Part shown: piece after piece, positions 59,702-64,000 of the stretch | Numbering within the stretch: the stretch's first letter is position 1 | How the letters are laid out: each line of letters starts with the position of its first letter | Origin: Candidatus Dormiibacterota bacterium | GTDB lineage: Bacteria; Chloroflexota; Dormibacteria; Aeolococcales; Bog-877 | Reading direction: 5' to 3' | Length of the DNA: 64,000 bases | NCBI GenBank assembly: GCA_027306595.1 | Contig: DAHUZI010000004.1 | Location: forward strand, 19,380 to 83,379 | Notes under the pieces: generated by a model | Databases searched by the model: none | What the model saw: the letters and a program-made list of their open reading frames with translations, nothing else | Told to the model about the DNA's origin: nothing | Program-made: the position numbers and the translations under genes

Positions 59702-60400
59702 GTGGAGCGCGAGTACGAACTCATGTACATTGTCCGGCCGGATCTGGACGAAGAGCAGGTCCGCGCCACGATGGACGAGGTGACCTCGATGGTCGCCGGG
59801 CGTGGCGGCGAGGTCGTCAAGTCATCCCTTTGGGGCCGTCGGCGCCTCGCCTACCTCGTGGCGGGATTCCACGACGGCTACTACGTCGTCGCCGAAACCC
59901 GACTGCCCGGTGACCAGCTTGGTGAGATCGAACGCCAGCTCCGCCTTTCGGAGACGGTCATCCGGCACATGATCACGATCGCCCGGCCGGTCCGGCAGGA
60001 GGGCGAGCGACCTGCACGCGGTCGGGAGCGCTGGCGCGACCGCGAGCGGGGCCGCGGTCGGGGCCGTGCCGCAGCGGCCAGCGACGGTTCGGAGCTTGCC
60101 GAGCCGTCCTCCGCCGAACCCGCCCCGGTATCGGCCGAGGACGGGCCGGCCACAGCTGCGCCGGCCGAAGAGGAAGCGCCGACCATGGTGGGCCCGGACC
60201 AGGACGGCGCCCTCGCAGGACCACTGGCGATGGAAGGACCGGCCGCTCCCGCGGCCGAAAGGGAGGAGACCAACGTGCCCGAGGCCCGCCCCGCTGGGGA
60301 CGACGACGAGCTGGACGACGACGAGGACGAGGACCTCGAGGACGACGACGACGACGACGACGAGGACCTCGAGGACGACGACGAGGACGAGGACGACTGA
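59702..60400 (+). CDS. rpsF: 30S ribosomal protein S6 with a 130-aa Arg-rich then poly-Asp/Glu C-terminal extension
   Basis: The S6 core is the first 100 aa (EYELMYIVRPDLDEEQV). The tail ends DDDELDDDEDEDLEDDDDDDDEDLEDDDEDEDD, encoded by GAC/GAG repeats. Confidence 0.9.
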   Translation: MEREYELMYIVRPDLDEEQVRATMDEVTSMVAGRGGEVVKSSLWGRRRLAYLVAGFHDGYYVVAETRLPGDQLGEIERQLRLSETVIRHMITIARPVRQEGERPARGRERWRDRERGRGRGRAAAASDGSELAEPSSAEPAPVSAEDGPATAAPAEEEAPTMVGPDQDGALAGPLAMEGPAAPAAEREETNVPEARPAGDDDELDDDEDEDLEDDDDDDDEDLEDDDEDEDD

Positions 60401-60402
60401 CC

Positions 60403-60858
60403 GTGGCCGGCTCGCTGAACCGCGTCATGTTGATCGGCCGCCTCACCGCGGACCCGGAGATGCGCTACCTGCCGAGCGGCCAGCCGGTCACCCAACTTCG
60501 CCTGGCCACCAATCGCTACGGCACGAGTTCGGAAGGCGAACGGCGTGAGTTCACCGACTACCACGACATCGTGGTCTGGAACATCGGCCAGCGCAAGCTC
60601 GCCGAGATCGCCGGCCAATACCTTCGCAAAGGCAGCCTCGTCTACGTCGAGGGGCGCCTCCAGACCCGATCCTGGGAAGGGCAGGACGGCCAGAAGCGGT
60701 ACCGGACCGAGGTGAACGCCAACGACATCCAATTCCTCGAGCCGCGTGGAGCCGGCGGCGGGGACGTCGACGAGGCCGCTCCGCGCCAGCCCGTCGCCGT
60801 TCCCGGGACCCCCGCTGACGCCGAGGGGGATGTGGATCCCAACGACATCCCCTTCTGA
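60403..60858 (+). CDS. ssb: single-stranded DNA-binding protein
   Basis: OB-fold N-terminus and a C-terminal acidic DIPF tail. Confidence 0.9.
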   Translation: MAGSLNRVMLIGRLTADPEMRYLPSGQPVTQLRLATNRYGTSSEGERREFTDYHDIVVWNIGQRKLAEIAGQYLRKGSLVYVEGRLQTRSWEGQDGQKRYRTEVNANDIQFLEPRGAGGGDVDEAAPRQPVAVPGTPADAEGDVDPNDIPF

Positions 60859-60873
60859 CCCAGAGGTGTACCG

Positions 60874-61110
60874 ATGATGGCTGACTACGGACGCCGGCGG
60901 CCCCGCAAGGTCTGCAACTTCTGCCTGGAGCGGATCATCTTCGTCGACCACAAGGAGGTGACCCGACTCCGCCGCTACATCAGTGAGCGGGGCAAGATCC
61001 TGCCCCGACGGGTGACGGGTACCTGCGCCCTTCACCAGCGCCGGCTGACGGTGGCCCTGAAGCGCGCCCGCCACATCGCGCTCCTCCCGTTCACGACCGA
61101 CCAGCGCTGA
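60874..61110 (+). CDS. rpsR: 30S ribosomal protein S18
   Basis: CNFC...[14 protein letters not shown] motif. 78 aa. Confidence 0.9.
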   Translation: MMADYGRRRPRKVCNFCLERIIFVDHKEVTRLRRYISERGKILPRRVTGTCALHQRRLTVALKRARHIALLPFTTDQR

Positions 61111-61251
61111 CCGCGCAGGGCGGCCGAGCTGCGCGCGGCACCCTCCGGCGGGGGCCGTCCAGCCGGCCCGGGGCGCCCGACAGCCGCCTCGGACCGGTTG
61201 GCGGCCACGGGGGCTCGGCGCGAGCCGGATCATCGGCCGCGGACCGCACCG

Positions 61252-62178
61252 ATGGCTGAGCCGCTCACCGACCCCGCCCAGGACCCCATCGCGCTGGCGC
61301 TCCGCGCTGCCCGATGGAGGGCGCTGGTCGACGCGCGCGAGGCCCAGGTCGCCCGGTTGACCGGAGCCGCGTCGGGGCCGCCGGCCCCGGTGGGGCCCCA
61401 AGCTCACGGGCACTGGGATGTCCGGGCCGCGGCCTTCGACGCCTACTCGCGCGCCCACGACCTCGCGCGGGACCCGATGTACCGCCTCCTCGCCCGAGTC
61501 GCCGCGGGCCGGCGCCTCCTCGACGTTGGCGCCGGAACCGGCCGGTACGCCGTGCCTCTGGCGGGGATCGCCGAGGAGGTCACGGCCGTCGAACCGTCGG
61601 CGGGGATGCGGGAGCGGCTCGGCGCCCGGCTGACCGAGGAAGGCCGAACGAACGTGCGCGTCGTCGCGGGCACGTGGCCGGACGCGTCCGACGCCGTCGA
61701 ACCGCATGACGTCGTCCTCGTCTCCCACGCCATTTACGGAACCCGGGACATCGTCGGCTTCCTGGCTGCGCTCGAGCGGGCGGCCCCGCTGCGAGTGGTC
61801 GCGCTCCGGGTCGAGCCGATGGGCGCACGGGTCGCCGGGCTCTTCTGCCGCCTCCACGGCGAGCCGGCCATCCCCGACCCCACCCTGGACACCCTCCTTC
61901 CGGTGCTCCTGGCGGGCGGGCGCCTCCCGTCCGTCCGAATCGCCCCCTACGGAGGCGGGGGGACCTTCGCGACCGTGGAGGCGGCGGCCGACTGGTCCGC
62001 CGAGCAGCTACGGCTGGCCGAGGACGACGCCCGCCGCGATGGGCTTGCCGAGATGCTCCTCCCACTGCTCGAGGCCGGGGAGGATGGCTGGCGCTGGCGC
62101 CAGCCGCTGCATGCCGGGATCGTCGCCTGGGGCGCGGACCCGAGCGGGCGCGGGGGCGATCCAGGGCCGACCCCGTAG
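61252..62178 (+). CDS. class I SAM-dependent methyltransferase
   Basis: LLDVGAGTGRYAVPLA motif. The ORF track allows an earlier start at 61198. Confidence 0.65.
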   Translation: MAEPLTDPAQDPIALALRAARWRALVDAREAQVARLTGAASGPPAPVGPQAHGHWDVRAAAFDAYSRAHDLARDPMYRLLARVAAGRRLLDVGAGTGRYAVPLAGIAEEVTAVEPSAGMRERLGARLTEEGRTNVRVVAGTWPDASDAVEPHDVVLVSHAIYGTRDIVGFLAALERAAPLRVVALRVEPMGARVAGLFCRLHGEPAIPDPTLDTLLPVLLAGGRLPSVRIAPYGGGGTFATVEAAADWSAEQLRLAEDDARRDGLAEMLLPLLEAGEDGWRWRQPLHAGIVAWGADPSGRGGDPGPTP

Positions 62179-62238
62179 ACTGGAGCCATCGGGGCGGGCC
62201 GCGGCCGTGGCGGCCCCCCGGCGGCCCCCGGAGGTCGG

Positions 62239-63423
62239 ATGTTCGAGTCCCAACAGCTGCGCGTCCCCGGCCCGACGCCGGTCCCCGATCGCGTCGTGCG
62301 GGCGATGGCGCGACCGCTCGTCGACCACAAGGGTCCGGAGTTCCATGCCCTGATGGAGCGGCTCCAGGCGGGCCTCCGTTGGGGGTTCGCGACCACCGCG
62401 CCGGTGCTGGTGCTCCCGAGCTCTGGGAGCGGCGGGTTGGAGGCGGCGGTGGCCAATCTCTGCCGACCGGGCGAGCCGGCGCTCTTCTGCACGGGGGGCG
62501 CCTTCGGCCGCCGCTGGGCCGACATGGGTCGCGCCTACGGGGCCGAGGTCATCGAGCTGGAAAGCGACTGGGGCGCCCCGGTGGCGGCCGACGACCTGGC
62601 CGCGCTGCTGGACCGCCATCCCACGGCCGCCGTCGTCTTCATAACCCACAACGAGACCAGCACCGGCGTCACCAATGACCTGCCCACCCTCGCCGCAGTT
62701 GTGAAGGCGGCTGGCCGCCTCCTCGCCGTCGACAGCGTGAGCGGGGTCCCCTGCCTGCCGATGGAGATGGATGCATGGGGGTGCGATGTGGTGGTCAGCG
62801 CCTCGCAGAAGGGGTGGATGGCGCCCCCGGGGGTGGCGCTCGTCGCCTGCAACGCGGCGGCCCTGGAGCGGGCTGCCGGCACGACCACCCCGCGCTGGTA
62901 TTTCGACCTTGTCCGCAACCACGACTTCCTGCAGCGGGCCGAGACCCCGACCACGCCGGCCATCTCGGTGCTGTTCGGCCTCGCCGAGGGGCTCGCGATG
63001 CTCCAGGAGGAGGGCCGCGACGCGGTCTGGGCGCGCCACGCCCGCTGCGCCGGCGCCGTCCGGGCCGCCGTCGACGCGCTCGGCCTCAGCCGGCTCGCCC
63101 ACCCTGACGCGGCCAGCGACGTCGTCACCGCGGTCCTGGCGCCACCGGGCGTCGACGGCGACGGGGTGCGGGCCTTTCGGGCGGGGCTGCGCGAGCGCCA
63201 CGGGCTGGTGATCGCCGGCGGCCAGGGTCCCTTCGCGGACCGCCTCGTCCGGATCGGCCACCTGGGGGCCATCGACGACGCCGGGACGGTGGCGCTCGTG
63301 GACGCCTTCGAGGCCGGGGCACTCGAGCACGGCTGGTCGGCGGCGGCTCCCGGCGCTGCGCTGGACGCGGCCAGGGCCCGGCTCCACCCCGAGCCGGTGC
63401 CCGGTCGCACCACGACGGCCTGA
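62239..63423 (+). CDS. class V aminotransferase (phosphoserine / serine-glyoxylate aminotransferase type)
   Basis: SASQKGWMAPPG PLP-lysine region. Directly upstream of serA. Confidence 0.8.
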   Translation: MFESQQLRVPGPTPVPDRVVRAMARPLVDHKGPEFHALMERLQAGLRWGFATTAPVLVLPSSGSGGLEAAVANLCRPGEPALFCTGGAFGRRWADMGRAYGAEVIELESDWGAPVAADDLAALLDRHPTAAVVFITHNETSTGVTNDLPTLAAVVKAAGRLLAVDSVSGVPCLPMEMDAWGCDVVVSASQKGWMAPPGVALVACNAAALERAAGTTTPRWYFDLVRNHDFLQRAETPTTPAISVLFGLAEGLAMLQEEGRDAVWARHARCAGAVRAAVDALGLSRLAHPDAASDVVTAVLAPPGVDGDGVRAFRAGLRERHGLVIAGGQGPFADRLVRIGHLGAIDDAGTVALVDAFEAGALEHGWSAAAPGAALDAARARLHPEPVPGRTTTA

Positions 63424-63425
63424 CC

Positions 63426-64000
63426 GTGGTGTCCCAGCCGCTTGGGCCCGCCGGGGCGACGGGGCGGGTCGCCGAGGTGACGCGGCGGATCCTGGTGGCC
63501 GACCCGATCGCCGACGACGGGGTCACCCGCCTGAGGCGGGCGGGCGCTGTGGACGTCGAAACCCGGCTGCCCACCGACGAGCTTGTGGCCCGAATCGGCG
63601 CCTATGACGCCCTGGTCGTGCGTTCGGAGACGAAGGTGACCCGCGAGGTGATCGCCGCCGGCACGCGTCTGCGCGTGATCGGACGGGCCGGGGTCGGCGT
63701 CGACAACATCGACGTCGCCGCCGCCAGCGAGCGCGGAATTCTGGTGGTCAACGCTCCGACCGGCAACACCGTCGCCGCCGCGGAGCACACCGTGGCGATG
63801 ATGCTGGCCCTGGCGCGCAACATCGTGCCCGCGGCGCAGGCCCTGCGCGACGGCTCGTGGGAGCGCTCCCGCTTCGTCGGTACCGAGCTCCGCGACAAGA
63901 CGCTGGCCGTGGTCGGACTCGGCAAGATCGGCTTCGAGGTGGCGCGGATGGCTCTGGGCCTGCAGATGCGGGTGGTGGCCCACGACCCCTTGGTCGCGCC
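63426..64000 (+). CDS. serA: D-3-phosphoglycerate dehydrogenase (partial; runs off the window end)
   Basis: RILVADPIADDGV...YDALVVRSETKVTREVI...GLGKIGFEVARMA 2-hydroxyacid dehydrogenase motifs. A GTG at about 63479 is an alternative start. Confidence 0.8.
   Translation, partial: MVSQPLGPAGATGRVAEVTRRILVADPIADDGVTRLRRAGAVDVETRLPTDELVARIGAYDALVVRSETKVTREVIAAGTRLRVIGRAGVGVDNIDVAAASERGILVVNAPTGNTVAAAEHTVAMMLALARNIVPAAQALRDGSWERSRFVGTELRDKTLAVVGLGKIGFEVARMALGLQMRVVAHDPLVA

Noticed and set aside
59881-61857. 658-aa - strand ORF
   Set aside because: Antisense to rpsF-ssb-rpsR. Its poly-Ser run is the complement of the S6 acidic tail.

Overview
This is a very high-GC (about 72%), gene-dense window from an actinobacterial-type chromosome; my guess at lineage is an Actinobacteria / Thermoleophilia-like genome. 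The six-frame track is dominated by antisense high-GC artefacts, so I based the calls on recognisable protein families and on start/stop inspection. I see four main blocks. The first is a SUF Fe-S assembly locus (rrf2 regulator, sufC, sufB, sufD, Rieske protein, sufS, sufU, DUF59 protein). It is split between sufS and sufU by about 5 kb carrying two tandem paralogous secreted arylsulfotransferase (ASST)-like genes. The second is a dispersed, tetrahydrofolate-dependent histidine-utilisation set: hutI, ftcD, an NCS1 permease, hutU, hutH, and a FolD-cyclodeaminase fusion. In it hutH carries an in-frame N-terminal IclR-type HTH domain, and hisD and hisB read as a single ORF. The third is a sulfur-activation cluster: APS reductase cysH, an APS-kinase/ATP-sulfurylase fusion, a HIT protein, a rhodanese-ThiF/MoeB fusion with the rhodanese at the N-terminus, and a frameshifted O-methyltransferase. 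The fourth is rpsF-ssb-rpsR, with S6 carrying a long poly-acidic tail, preceded by tRNA-Val and a lower-GC stretch encoding secreted Cys-rich and lipoproteins. The rest comprises a membrane GAF/PAS sensor histidine kinase, zwf, rsmG, a ferredoxin-reductase-type flavoprotein, a murE-like ligase with an alkaline-phosphatase-family gene, a class III ADH with an MBL hydrolase, serC-like and serA genes, and an IS630-family transposase remnant with a nonsense codon and a frameshift. A LysR/MFS divergent pair, the O-methyltransferase and the IS630 gene all carry frameshifts, all at short homopolymer runs. These may be real decay or may be assembly indels. I found no CRISPR array and no rRNA. Coordinates of small motifs are approximate to within a few bp.
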